Assembly: GCA_050298055.1 (NCBI GenBank)
Contig: JBNKTL010000057.1
Location: 2,313 to 20,865 of the forward strand
DNA from: Spirochaetota bacterium
Lineage (GTDB): Bacteria; Spirochaetota; UBA4802; UBA5550
Direction: 5' to 3'
DNA length: 18,553 bases
This document shows positions 8,951 to 16,858 of this stretch, one piece after another (within the stretch, counting starts at the first letter, position 1; each line of letters opens with the position of its first letter). Position numbers and translations under genes: made by a program. The notes beneath the pieces were generated by a model. That model saw only the letters and a list, made by a program, of their open reading frames with translations. It had not been told where the DNA came from and searched no databases.

Positions 8951-10725
8951 CAGACCTCATCCCTCTTCATTGCGATGAAAGCCCCGGGACACTCCTGCGC
9001 GCATATCCCGCAGCCTTTGCAGTAATCGTAATCGATATCTATACCGGTGTTGTCACCCGATACCGATGTTGATATATCGGGACAGAACACAATACAGTTT
9101 TTACACAGGGTACACCTTCCGCAACGGAAGCACCGGCCGGCTTCATCCAGGGCTGTCTCTTTATCAAAACCGGTTTCTACTTCTTCGAATGAGGCCCTTC
9201 TCTTCTCAACGGGAAGTTTCTTTTCATCACTCCTCGCTTTATGAACAAAGTAACCGGTGTTGATCTCATCACTGCTCACGGGACCGGGGGTTCTCTCCCC
9301 CGGATCTTTACCCTCTCTCATTTTCTCTCTTATGTCAAGGTACTTTCTGAAGCTGATTCCCCTCTCACCGGTCTTAATATATTCATAGACCCGGTCCATG
9401 TCCATGCCGTTCAGGTCGGCATCAATGACCACGGCCGCCATCTTCCCTGCTGCCAGGGCGTTCACCACAAGATGAGAACTGTCCGCAAGGTCCCCGCCAA
9501 AGTAGATCCCTTTTACCGGAGTCCGTGTAAACCTGTCAGTTTTTATCTTTCCCCCTGATTCTTTCAGGATCTCCCGGTAGAGGGAGAGTTCGGGGTTCTC
9601 TCCGATTGCGGACACCACCGCCTCAACATCCATGCTGAAATCCGATCCCTTAATTTCGGTAAGTTCCCCCCTGTAATCTTTTTCACCTTTTACCTTAATA
9701 CATTTAACAGCGCTGATATTTTCACCGTTCAATACAACTTCCCGGACAACGGATCCCGTTACGATTTCAACTCCCTCGGAGAGAGCTTCTTTGACCTCAC
9801 TTTGGAAGGCCTTCATATCCTCAACCCCTCTCCTGTAGACTATCACCGGTCTGCACCCTGTACGAAGAAGGCTCCGGGCCGTATCAACAGCGGTGTTTCC
9901 CCCGCCGATAACGGCGACCTTTTTTCCGGTATGGCTTTTCTCCCCCCTCTTTATCTCTTCAAGAAGGGAAAGTCCCGAAATGATCTTCTTACTTCCCTTT
10001 ATCTCATCAATGGTCCCGGAGAGGGGGGCGCCGGTGGCAAAGAAGAGGGCGCTCTTCTCCCTGAGATCATCCAGGGAGAGCGGGGAACCAAAACAGGAGC
10101 CGGTAAATATTTCCGGTTTCAGTGAGATGAGTGGTTTCAACGATTCATCAAGTATACCGGACGGGAGCCGGTATTCCGGGATGCCCCTTCGCAGCACACC
10201 GCCCAGGCTTTTCTCCTTTTCATGGATTGCGACCCTGTACCCCATGAGGAGCAGGAAGTAGGATACGGATATTCCCGCGGGCCCGCCGCCTATCACCCCT
10301 ATGCTGTGTCTGCTGTTTTCGGAAAATGATCTGCCGGTCATTATTTGACCGCTGCTCCTGTCGCCGGCAAACCTTTCCAGGCTTCGGACTGCAACCGGCA
10401 TATCAAAGCTTCCCCTGCTGCAGTTCTCCTCACACAGGTGATTGCAGACCCTCCCGCATACCTGGGGAAGGGGGTTCTCCAATCGGAGAAGTTGATCTGC
10501 GGCATTTTCACTTCCCTTCTCCAGCTCCTGGATAAAATCGGGGATGGGCACCGAGAGGGGACATGCCGCTTCACAGGGGGCCGGTCTCTTTTCATGATGC
10601 GGTGTAAGGTACCTCCAGGTCCCCGTACGGTTTTTCAATGTCGGGATATCCGCCGGTCTCACAGGGGTAATATTTTCCGGGATATACTCCGGCGCAAGAT
10701 GATTGTTGTTTCTCTTCATGCTCAC
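8950..10725 (-). CDS. GltD/NfnB-like FAD/NAD(P)H oxidoreductase fused to a PorD-like 2x[4Fe-4S] ferredoxin domain
   Basis: N-terminal NRTGTWR; Fe-S motifs PCEAACP and CGRVCNHLCEENCSR; FAD motif GGGPAG; GIPEYRLP; NAD(P)H motif GGGNTAVD..YRR; C-terminal RCFRCGRCTLCKNCIVFCPD and IDYDYCKGCGICAQECP. Its stop overlaps the porA start at 8950. Confidence 0.9.
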   Translation of the reverse strand: MSMKRNNNHLAPEYIPENITPVRPADIPTLKNRTGTWRYLTPHHEKRPAPCEAACPLSVPIPDFIQELEKGSENAADQLLRLENPLPQVCGRVCNHLCEENCSRGSFDMPVAVRSLERFAGDRSSGQIMTGRSFSENSRHSIGVIGGGPAGISVSYFLLLMGYRVAIHEKEKSLGGVLRRGIPEYRLPSGILDESLKPLISLKPEIFTGSCFGSPLSLDDLREKSALFFATGAPLSGTIDEIKGSKKIISGLSLLEEIKRGEKSHTGKKVAVIGGGNTAVDTARSLLRTGCRPVIVYRRGVEDMKAFQSEVKEALSEGVEIVTGSVVREVVLNGENISAVKCIKVKGEKDYRGELTEIKGSDFSMDVEAVVSAIGENPELSLYREILKESGGKIKTDRFTRTPVKGIYFGGDLADSSHLVVNALAAGKMAAVVIDADLNGMDMDRVYEYIKTGERGISFRKYLDIREKMREGKDPGERTPGPVSSDEINTGYFVHKARSDEKKLPVEKRRASFEEVETGFDKETALDEAGRCFRCGRCTLCKNCIVFCPDISTSVSGDNTGIDIDYDYCKGCGICAQECPGAFIAMKRDEV

Positions 10726-10734
10726 CTTTTCATG

Positions 10735-11295
10735 CTAAACGGTATTTAATATCTTAACCTTCCCGTATGCTTCCCGTGCCGCAGCCACATTGTCCTCCTG
10801 CTTCAGCGGTGTCTCTTCCCGTATTGCCCGTTCTACCGATTCCATAGGGACAAGACCGGTAAACCCGGCAAAAGCACCCACAATGGATGTGTTGATTATG
10901 GGGGAGAGAGAAGATCCGAGACCATGTGACACCGCGATCCCCGACGCGTCAACATAACCGGTTTTATATGAGGGACCTGTATCGGCATGCAGAGAACCGG
11001 TTTCCGAATTAACCAGGAGTGTCCCCTCCTCACGAAGTCCATTCAAAACATCAACCGATTCCATGAGGTTGCTGTCCAGAACGATAACATGGCCGGGAGT
11101 GTATATCTCCGACCTGAGCAGTATGGGTTTTCTGTCCGCCCTTACATAAGCGGATACGGGAGCACCCCGTCTCTCAATCCCGAACGCGGGAAAAGACTGT
11201 ACCTCGTAACCTTCGTAGAAGAAGGAGAGGGCGATTATCTTTGAGGCAATTACGGCCCCCTGCCCCCCTCTTCCGTGTATACGTATTTCAATCAC
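10735..11295 (-). CDS. porC: 2-oxoacid:acceptor oxidoreductase gamma subunit
   Basis: GTG start, then IEIRIHGRGGQGAV, FPAFGIERRGAPV and PIINTSIVGAF. Confidence 0.93.
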   Translation of the reverse strand: MIEIRIHGRGGQGAVIASKIIALSFFYEGYEVQSFPAFGIERRGAPVSAYVRADRKPILLRSEIYTPGHVIVLDSNLMESVDVLNGLREEGTLLVNSETGSLHADTGPSYKTGYVDASGIAVSHGLGSSLSPIINTSIVGAFAGFTGLVPMESVERAIREETPLKQEDNVAAAREAYGKVKILNTV

Positions 11296-11362
11296 GGCAA
11301 CAGATTGCCCCCCGAGACAAATTTATGAGTATAACCACGATCCCTGAATAATAAGAAATTAA

Positions 11363-11506
11363 GTACCCACTCAGTTCTATGGCTAAAATATTCATATTTA
11401 AGAAAATACCAACAATGTGTGTCCCCGCCGCCGAAGGCGGCGGGGACACACCAGTTTTGTTTTATTAATTAATATGTCTATTCTTAATACATAGCTGAAT
11501 AGTTAC
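11363..11506. mobile_element. 144-bp foldback MITE-like element with a perfect central hairpin
   Basis: Ends GTACCCACTCAG ... CTGAATAGTTAC form an imperfect inverted repeat. The centre is a perfect 16-bp stem, GTGTGTCCCCGCCGCC-GAA-GGCGGCGGGGACACAC (11417-11451), and the AT-rich arms are also partly complementary. Confidence 0.6.
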
Positions 11507-11524
11507 GAAATTATTCATAAACCT

Positions 11525-11553
11525 TTCATAACGTACAACAGGTACAAAGTCAA
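11525..11553 (-). promoter_or_regulatory. Candidate sigma70 promoter for the oxidoreductase operon
   Basis: Minus strand TTGACT-N17-TATGAA. The spacer contains two TTGTAC direct repeats. The -10 box is a weak match. Confidence 0.3.
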
Positions 11554-11657
11554 TAGAAAATCGCTCCAGGAGTGCAAAGTTTTTCTTTATTACACTCTTC
11601 ATCTTTCTTCCTTTGCGTACTTGGCGTCTGCGGTTCAATACTTTTCTCTATTGAGTA

Positions 11658-12371
11658 TCAAAAACAGAGCTCAATGACTTTTTTGTAGGAGACGATCCCG
11701 TCCTTATATTCAAGGAGGAGAGGGTATATTTCAACACCCTGCCTGTGGGCTTCTTCCAGTGTATGGGAAAATTCCGGATCGGTGTCCCTCTTGGGGCCAA
11801 AGCAGATTGAATCGGGCCTGAAAACAAGGAAAACAACCGCCGCTCTTTTTCCTTCCTTCCTGATTTGCATGAGCTCTTCAAGGTGCCGCCTGCCCCGGGT
11901 TGTAGGCGCGTCGGGGAACTGCGCCTTCCCGTCAATTGTCAGCGTGCATCCCTTTGTCTCAACCCAGATCTCTTCACCGGAATCCCCGGTGAGAAGAAAA
12001 TCAAACCGGCTTTTCCCGTAACGCACTTCTGCCCGTAAATCCGCGATTTTTCCAAAGGGTGATATCTTTTTGTCATTGAAGATCTTTTCAGAAATTTTCC
12101 TGTGGTAAGCGGAATTGATGAGTATTGTATAGCCCCGGTATTCCGCGGCAATTACATCGTAGGCGGTTTTCCTGTTTGGATTAACTGCTTTTTTCAGAAG
12201 GAGCCTGTTCCCCTCATAGAGAAGTTCTTTCAGCCTCCCCGGATCGTGCACATGGGCTTTAACGGCTTTTTCTTTCCCGGGAGAAACAATGTCAACCAGC
12301 GCAAGGAAACGGTTGGGCCTGCCGGCAAAGACCGCCTCAGTATCGTACGGGATATCGGTTAATTCAATCAT
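11658..12371 (-). CDS. sfsA: Sugar fermentation stimulation protein SfsA (DNA-binding PD-(D/E)XK nuclease)
   Basis: RPNRFLA, AHVHDPGRLKELL, SRFDFLL, WVETKGCTL, FPDAPTTRGRRHLEEL. ATG at 12371 is preferred over TTG at 12398. Confidence 0.93.
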   Translation of the reverse strand: MIELTDIPYDTEAVFAGRPNRFLALVDIVSPGKEKAVKAHVHDPGRLKELLYEGNRLLLKKAVNPNRKTAYDVIAAEYRGYTILINSAYHRKISEKIFNDKKISPFGKIADLRAEVRYGKSRFDFLLTGDSGEEIWVETKGCTLTIDGKAQFPDAPTTRGRRHLEELMQIRKEGKRAAVVFLVFRPDSICFGPKRDTDPEFSHTLEEAHRQGVEIYPLLLEYKDGIVSYKKVIELCF

Positions 12372-12552
12372 AAGAATTTCATAACAGAGAAGAGACAATT
12401 AATTGTCCATATGTTTTTAAATAATATTCGGGTTATATTTAATTGATGGGAAATAAAGAAGAGGTTTTACACAAAGTTCACGAAGATCACGGGATGAGAA
12501 GAAGGACGTAGTACAGGAGATGTGGAGTATAAAAATACTGCATGTCTGTCAT

Positions 12553-13941
12553 CTAATGGAAAGGGCCTGTGTGCCCGGAACAGTCCAGTTCATCATGAAT
12601 ACTTTTTCCCAGAATTGAGCTGTCATTTTCAAGGACGGAGATGCATGAATCAACAACATCCGAATCATACAGAATGCCTCTCCCCCTGTCAATCTCATCA
12701 ATTGCCGCGTCAAGACCGATAGCGGCCCTGTAGGGCCTGTGAGATGCCATGGCTTCAACAACGTCCGCCACGGAGATAATCCTGGCTTCCAGGAGGATCT
12801 CTTCTCCCGCAAGACCTCCGGGATACCCGCTGCCGTCCATTCTCTCATGATGCTGAAGAACAATATCAGCCACAGGTAATGAAAAGTCTATTGTCTTTAA
12901 TATATCGAAACTGACCAGGGGGTGTGTTTTAATGATCTGAAATTCAACATCGGATATTCCATAGGGTTTCGTGAGGATCTCCGATGGGACAAAGACCTTC
13001 CCCAGGTCATGGAGCTTGGAAGCGGTTGAGATGGCCCTGACCTTCTCTTCGGGCAGACCCATTGTTCCCGCCATGGCCGTGGATATCCTCGACACCCTTA
13101 CCTGGTGACCGGCAGTATAGGGGTCCCGGGCCTCAACAGTCAGGATCAACGCCTTGATAATTCCTTCAATGGTATTATTGAGCTGATGTATCCTCTTCTG
13201 CTTTTCAGTTAAATCCCTGATAATACCCTGGAATATCTTCCCCCGGGATTCATCTGACTGTATGGTACTTGCCGTAAGAGAACAGCAGATAATCTCTCCG
13301 CTTTTTTTTCTCAGGGAGACTTCGAAGTCCTTTACTTCGCCCCTGTTTTTAAGACAGCCGAAAAACTCCTTTGATTTTTGGAGATCGGGTATAAGAGTAC
13401 TGAATTCGATATCAAGAATCTCACTGCCGGTGTAATTGAGCAGTTCCAGTGCCGCCCTGTTCGCATCGATAAATTTACCCGGGGAATCAAGCAGGTAGAT
13501 TGCCTCATTGGAATCCTCAAAAAGGATCCTGTACCGTGCCCAGTTCTCAGATGATTTTTTTTCACATTCAAGCCGTGAAAATGCCAGCAGGAGCGTCGCT
13601 TCCAGGTTCCTGTCATCAACAGGCTTGGTAAGAAATCCCAGTGCCGATGTGGCAACTGACTTTTCAATTATTTCCTTCTCAATATAGGAAGTCAGGAAAA
13701 CAGAGGGAATGTTGAATCTCTTCCTTATCTCCGCGGACGCTTCAAGGCCGTCCATTTCTCCCGCCAGACCGATGTCCATGAGCACAAGATCAGGGCAGAG
13801 TTTTCCTGCAAGGAAAACAGCTTCTTCCCCGCTCATTGGAGTCCCGGAGACATCGTATCCCTTTTCTTCAAGAGATGATTTCAGGATATGAGAAAATAAT
13901 TTATCATCTTCAACTATCAGTATGCTCTTTTTTTTCATCAC
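12553..13941 (-). CDS. REC-PAS-HD-GYP cyclic di-GMP phosphodiesterase
   Basis: Receiver domain (LIVEDD, DLVLMDI, LTKP), PAS domain (FEDSNEAIY, DANRAA), then EARDPYTAGHQ, HDLGK, HHERMDGSGYP and HRPYR. Confidence 0.95.
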   Translation of the reverse strand: MMKKKSILIVEDDKLFSHILKSSLEEKGYDVSGTPMSGEEAVFLAGKLCPDLVLMDIGLAGEMDGLEASAEIRKRFNIPSVFLTSYIEKEIIEKSVATSALGFLTKPVDDRNLEATLLLAFSRLECEKKSSENWARYRILFEDSNEAIYLLDSPGKFIDANRAALELLNYTGSEILDIEFSTLIPDLQKSKEFFGCLKNRGEVKDFEVSLRKKSGEIICCSLTASTIQSDESRGKIFQGIIRDLTEKQKRIHQLNNTIEGIIKALILTVEARDPYTAGHQVRVSRISTAMAGTMGLPEEKVRAISTASKLHDLGKVFVPSEILTKPYGISDVEFQIIKTHPLVSFDILKTIDFSLPVADIVLQHHERMDGSGYPGGLAGEEILLEARIISVADVVEAMASHRPYRAAIGLDAAIDEIDRGRGILYDSDVVDSCISVLENDSSILGKSIHDELDCSGHTGPFH

Positions 13942-13965
13942 ATACCCTGCCTTCAGCTATAATTA

Positions 13966-14241
13966 TCAGTTAATGATCACTTCATCATTCCTGCATTGAA
14001 TGCCGATCATGACAAGCTGCCCTCTTATTGTTTCCGGGATATTAATCATCCTCAGGCTTATTCCCTTTATCCGGCACATGATCCCCTGTGACACAAGGGT
14101 CTTGATCTCTTCAAATTCAAGTTTTTTCTTACCGGTAAAATTAATGACAAGTTCATCTCCTGTGCTTATGGCATCTGTCACGCCACAGCTCAGTACTTCG
14201 GAAAAACTTTCCCCGGGAATTCTGTCTAAATTAATAATCAT
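13966..14241 (-). CDS. Small STAS-like (anti-anti-sigma fold) protein
   Basis: 91 aa. The pattern ELVINFTGKKKLEFEEIKTLV...KGISLRMINIPETIRGQLVMIG follows STAS topology. It is co-oriented between the regulator and HD-GYP genes. Confidence 0.6.
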   Translation of the reverse strand: MIINLDRIPGESFSEVLSCGVTDAISTGDELVINFTGKKKLEFEEIKTLVSQGIMCRIKGISLRMINIPETIRGQLVMIGIQCRNDEVIIN

Positions 14242-14381
14242 GGTTTAAACACTACATCAATATTCATTATTCCTGATATTGAATAATCATCATTCAACAG
14301 AGAATAATTTATAAAAATTCGCTTAAACAGGCAATAGTTATAGCGATGATTTTTTTGTGGTCAACCCGGCTACGGATCTGT

Positions 14382-15044
14382 TCAGTATTTTTTCAGGGTC
14401 CATTCAACAGCAAATTTTACAAGTTCTCCTGAGCTGCCGAGACCCAGTTTCTCCTTGATTCTCTCCCTGTAGGTCCCGATTGTGGATGAATTGAGGTTTA
14501 AAAGGTTTGAAATCTCACTCCTGTTGAGGCCCCTGCCGATCATTTTAAATATCTCGAGCTCCCTCTCCGAGAGTTTTTCAAGGACCTCTTCCCGGTCAGA
14601 TTTATCAAAGAGAACTTCATCAAAAAGACGGTTTTTGAGCATGCCGCTCAAGTACTTCCTGTTCTCTTTAATTTCATTCAACGCTTCGAGGAGCCGGTCA
14701 ACAGGTTCACTCTTGGGAACATATCCCATGGCACCGGCTTTCATGGCTTTTTTTACGATCTCAATTTCCGTATGCATTGAGTGAACGAGTATCTTGACTT
14801 TCCCGTATCTCTGTCTTACCGCCTTTATCAGTTCGAGGCCTCCGGTCCCTTCCAGGCTGAGATCGATAATAGCAATATCCGGTTTCAGGTCGTTTATGGT
14901 GCTTACAGCATGACTGGCATCTGCGGCGTCACCGCAGACCACAAAACTCTCGCTGCTGTTGATAAACTGTATGAGGCCATGACGCACAATTTCATGGTCA
15001 TCAACGATAAAAACCTTAAGTTTACTGCTGACCCTACCCGGCAT
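14382..15044 (-). CDS. NarL/FixJ-family response regulator (REC plus LuxR HTH)
   Basis: IVDDHEIVRHGL, DIAIIDLSL, GYVPKS, LSERELEIFKMIGRG, TIGTYRERIKEKLGL. It overlaps the kinase gene by 11 nt. Confidence 0.95.
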   Translation of the reverse strand: MPGRVSSKLKVFIVDDHEIVRHGLIQFINSSESFVVCGDAADASHAVSTINDLKPDIAIIDLSLEGTGGLELIKAVRQRYGKVKILVHSMHTEIEIVKKAMKAGAMGYVPKSEPVDRLLEALNEIKENRKYLSGMLKNRLFDEVLFDKSDREEVLEKLSERELEIFKMIGRGLNRSEISNLLNLNSSTIGTYRERIKEKLGLGSSGELVKFAVEWTLKKY

Positions 15045-16467
15045 GATCCATTAACCTGCCGCTTTCATCGATCCTGCAGCTTATCAAAGTCCCCGCAGGT
15101 TCATTCTTTGAAATGTTCAGTATACCGCCAATGATATCCGCCCTGTATCGCATGAGCGCCAGACCGATACCTTTCTTCCCGGACAGGTCCTCTTTGCTGA
15201 ATCCCTTCCCGTCATCACAGACCCTTATCTCAATACCGTCATCTGTCTGTACAAGGCTTACCGTGATATTTTTCGAAGCCCCGTGTTTAACGGCATTGCT
15301 CATTGATTCCAGAACAATATAAAATATATGGGTCGCAACGGAATTGTCCCTGAAAGTTATCCTTTCATCAAAATTAAGGGAACAGGTAATGTCATAGATT
15401 ATTTCCATGTTACTGCAGAGTTCAGCGAGAGCATACTGAATGCCATCGCTTCTCATGTTTACCGGGGAGAGACCCTTGGAGATCATGCGGATACTCTCCT
15501 TTGTGCCATCGATAAGATCTTCCAGCCTGCGGATCTCTTCCTTATCCGGGAACTCACTTTTCTCAAGTTTACCTGCCAGCACCCTGAAGAGGTAGCTTAT
15601 CCCGGTCATGTCCTGGCCAATACCGTCATGGAGGTCCTGGCCTATCCTTATTCTCTCCTTTTCACTGATATTGAGAATCTCCTCTTCCAGCTTTTTCCTC
15701 ATGGTAATATCCACCATGTTATAGAGGTAATACTCCGTGACGCTTCCTTTAACCACGGGAGTTGCAACAAGTTCAACCCTGATATACTCGTCATTTTTCT
15801 TTTTGTATACCTCTTCCACCTTTCTCCTGTTTTCCGAAAGTTCATTGATAAAAGCCGATTCCGTTTTCCAGAGGGTTTTATCGCACCACCAGGGGTAGGG
15901 AATCTTCATACCCTCGGTTTCGGCATGACAGCAGCCGGTGAGCTCCTCCATGGCTGGATTTATATACCTGATTGAAGTATCGGGATTCACAACAAGTATG
16001 GGATTGGGTGAATTCATCAGTAAACTCCGGCTGAACTCTTCACTCTCTTTTATCTTCTGCTCATACCTGTACTTGCTCAGCGCTGTCTCAATGGACGAAT
16101 AGAGCTCAAAAACCTGTACCGGTTTAATCAGGTATCCGTATGGCTCTGTTTTTGTCGCCCTTATGAGATTATATTCATCGATACTGGCAGTAATATAAAT
16201 CACGGGGATGTCCAGCTCTGCCTGTATTCTGGCCGCTGCATCGATACCATCCAGGTCCCCTTTTAATATTATATCCATGAGGATAATATGGGGGCGCATT
16301 TTCCCGGCATATTCTACAGCTTCACTGCCGCTGGCTACGATTCCGACTACAATATATTCCTTTCTTTTCAGGATTTCCTGAAGATAGAGCCCCTGGAGGA
16401 CCTCATCTTCAACTATCAGGACCCTTGTTTTATTTCTTTCAGTCTGTAATCTCTTTTCTGAAGACAT
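15034..16467 (-). CDS. Hybrid sensor kinase REC-PAS-HisKA_3-HATPase
   Basis: Receiver domain (VEDE, ILMDI, LIKP), PAS domain, H-box ERIRIGQDLHDGIGQ, N-box ESMSNAVKHG, DDGKGF and GIGLALMRYRA. No transmembrane segment is evident. Confidence 0.95.
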   Translation of the reverse strand: MSSEKRLQTERNKTRVLIVEDEVLQGLYLQEILKRKEYIVVGIVASGSEAVEYAGKMRPHIILMDIILKGDLDGIDAAARIQAELDIPVIYITASIDEYNLIRATKTEPYGYLIKPVQVFELYSSIETALSKYRYEQKIKESEEFSRSLLMNSPNPILVVNPDTSIRYINPAMEELTGCCHAETEGMKIPYPWWCDKTLWKTESAFINELSENRRKVEEVYKKKNDEYIRVELVATPVVKGSVTEYYLYNMVDITMRKKLEEEILNISEKERIRIGQDLHDGIGQDMTGISYLFRVLAGKLEKSEFPDKEEIRRLEDLIDGTKESIRMISKGLSPVNMRSDGIQYALAELCSNMEIIYDITCSLNFDERITFRDNSVATHIFYIVLESMSNAVKHGASKNITVSLVQTDDGIEIRVCDDGKGFSKEDLSGKKGIGLALMRYRADIIGGILNISKNEPAGTLISCRIDESGRLMDHAG

Positions 16468-16495
16468 AAGTTTACTTTTTCTGCAAAGAACCTCT

Positions 16496-16580
16496 GTAAT
16501 GACTCAGTTATAGAGGGTAAAAATACACATATAAATAAAAGAATTAATGATATCTCCCCGCTGTACATAGCTGAGCATCT
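16496..16580. repeat. Degenerate, internally deleted copy of the 11363-11506 element
   Basis: It begins GTAATGACTCAGTTATAG, contains AATACACATATAAATAAAAGAA (compare AATAGACATATTAATTAATAAAACAA) and TATCTCCCCGC (compare TGTGTCCCCGC), and ends TACATAGCTGAG (compare TACATAGCTGAA). Confidence 0.5.
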
Positions 16581-16676
16581 ATAAATAATTCTATTACAGA
16601 AAAAGGGTTTAGTCTATTAATTTATTCTGAATTCCGGAAAAAGAGGACGAGGGAGAGAAAAAACGGGGTGGTAAAA

Positions 16677-16832
16677 TCAGTTTACTTCAACCTGTTCGTT
16701 CTGCTCATTATTTTCCGGCTCTTTCATGCTTTCTGGTGATACGCCAACCACGGAGAGTAATTCCGATTTGCACTTATCACAAAGCCTTGTATAAGAATCC
16801 GCCGGGCTGCAACATCTAACACAATAATCCAT
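16677..16832 (-). CDS. 51-aa Cys-rich small protein (CxxC-x10-CxxC zinc-ribbon-like, acidic tail); not in the ORF track
   Basis: Hand translation: MDYCVRCCSPADSYTRLCDKCKSELLSVVGVSPESMKEPENNEQNEQVEVN*. An AAGGAG RBS (16840-16845) lies 7 nt before the ATG. Confidence 0.75.
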   Translation of the reverse strand: MDYCVRCCSPADSYTRLCDKCKSELLSVVGVSPESMKEPENNEQNEQVEVN

Positions 16833-16858
16833 GGTAGTACTCCTTAAATATCAAAAAG

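Noticed and set aside
11417..11451. Hairpin as a simple rho-independent terminator or CRISPR repeat
   Set aside because: No gene ends close to it, the U-tract is weak on the gene-bearing minus strand, it is embedded in a longer palindrome, and there is no repeat-spacer array or cas gene.
14355..14381. GTAGCCGGGTTGACC on the minus strand resembling the 3' end of a c-di-GMP-I riboswitch
   Set aside because: The required upstream GGCAAA, GNRA-loop and GACGCAAAG elements are absent, and that stretch is the coding end of the response regulator.
15328..15975. 215-aa + strand ORF and the many other 60-170-aa ORFs overlapping called genes
   Set aside because: These are antisense or off-frame shadows of motif-supported genes, with no recognisable domains.
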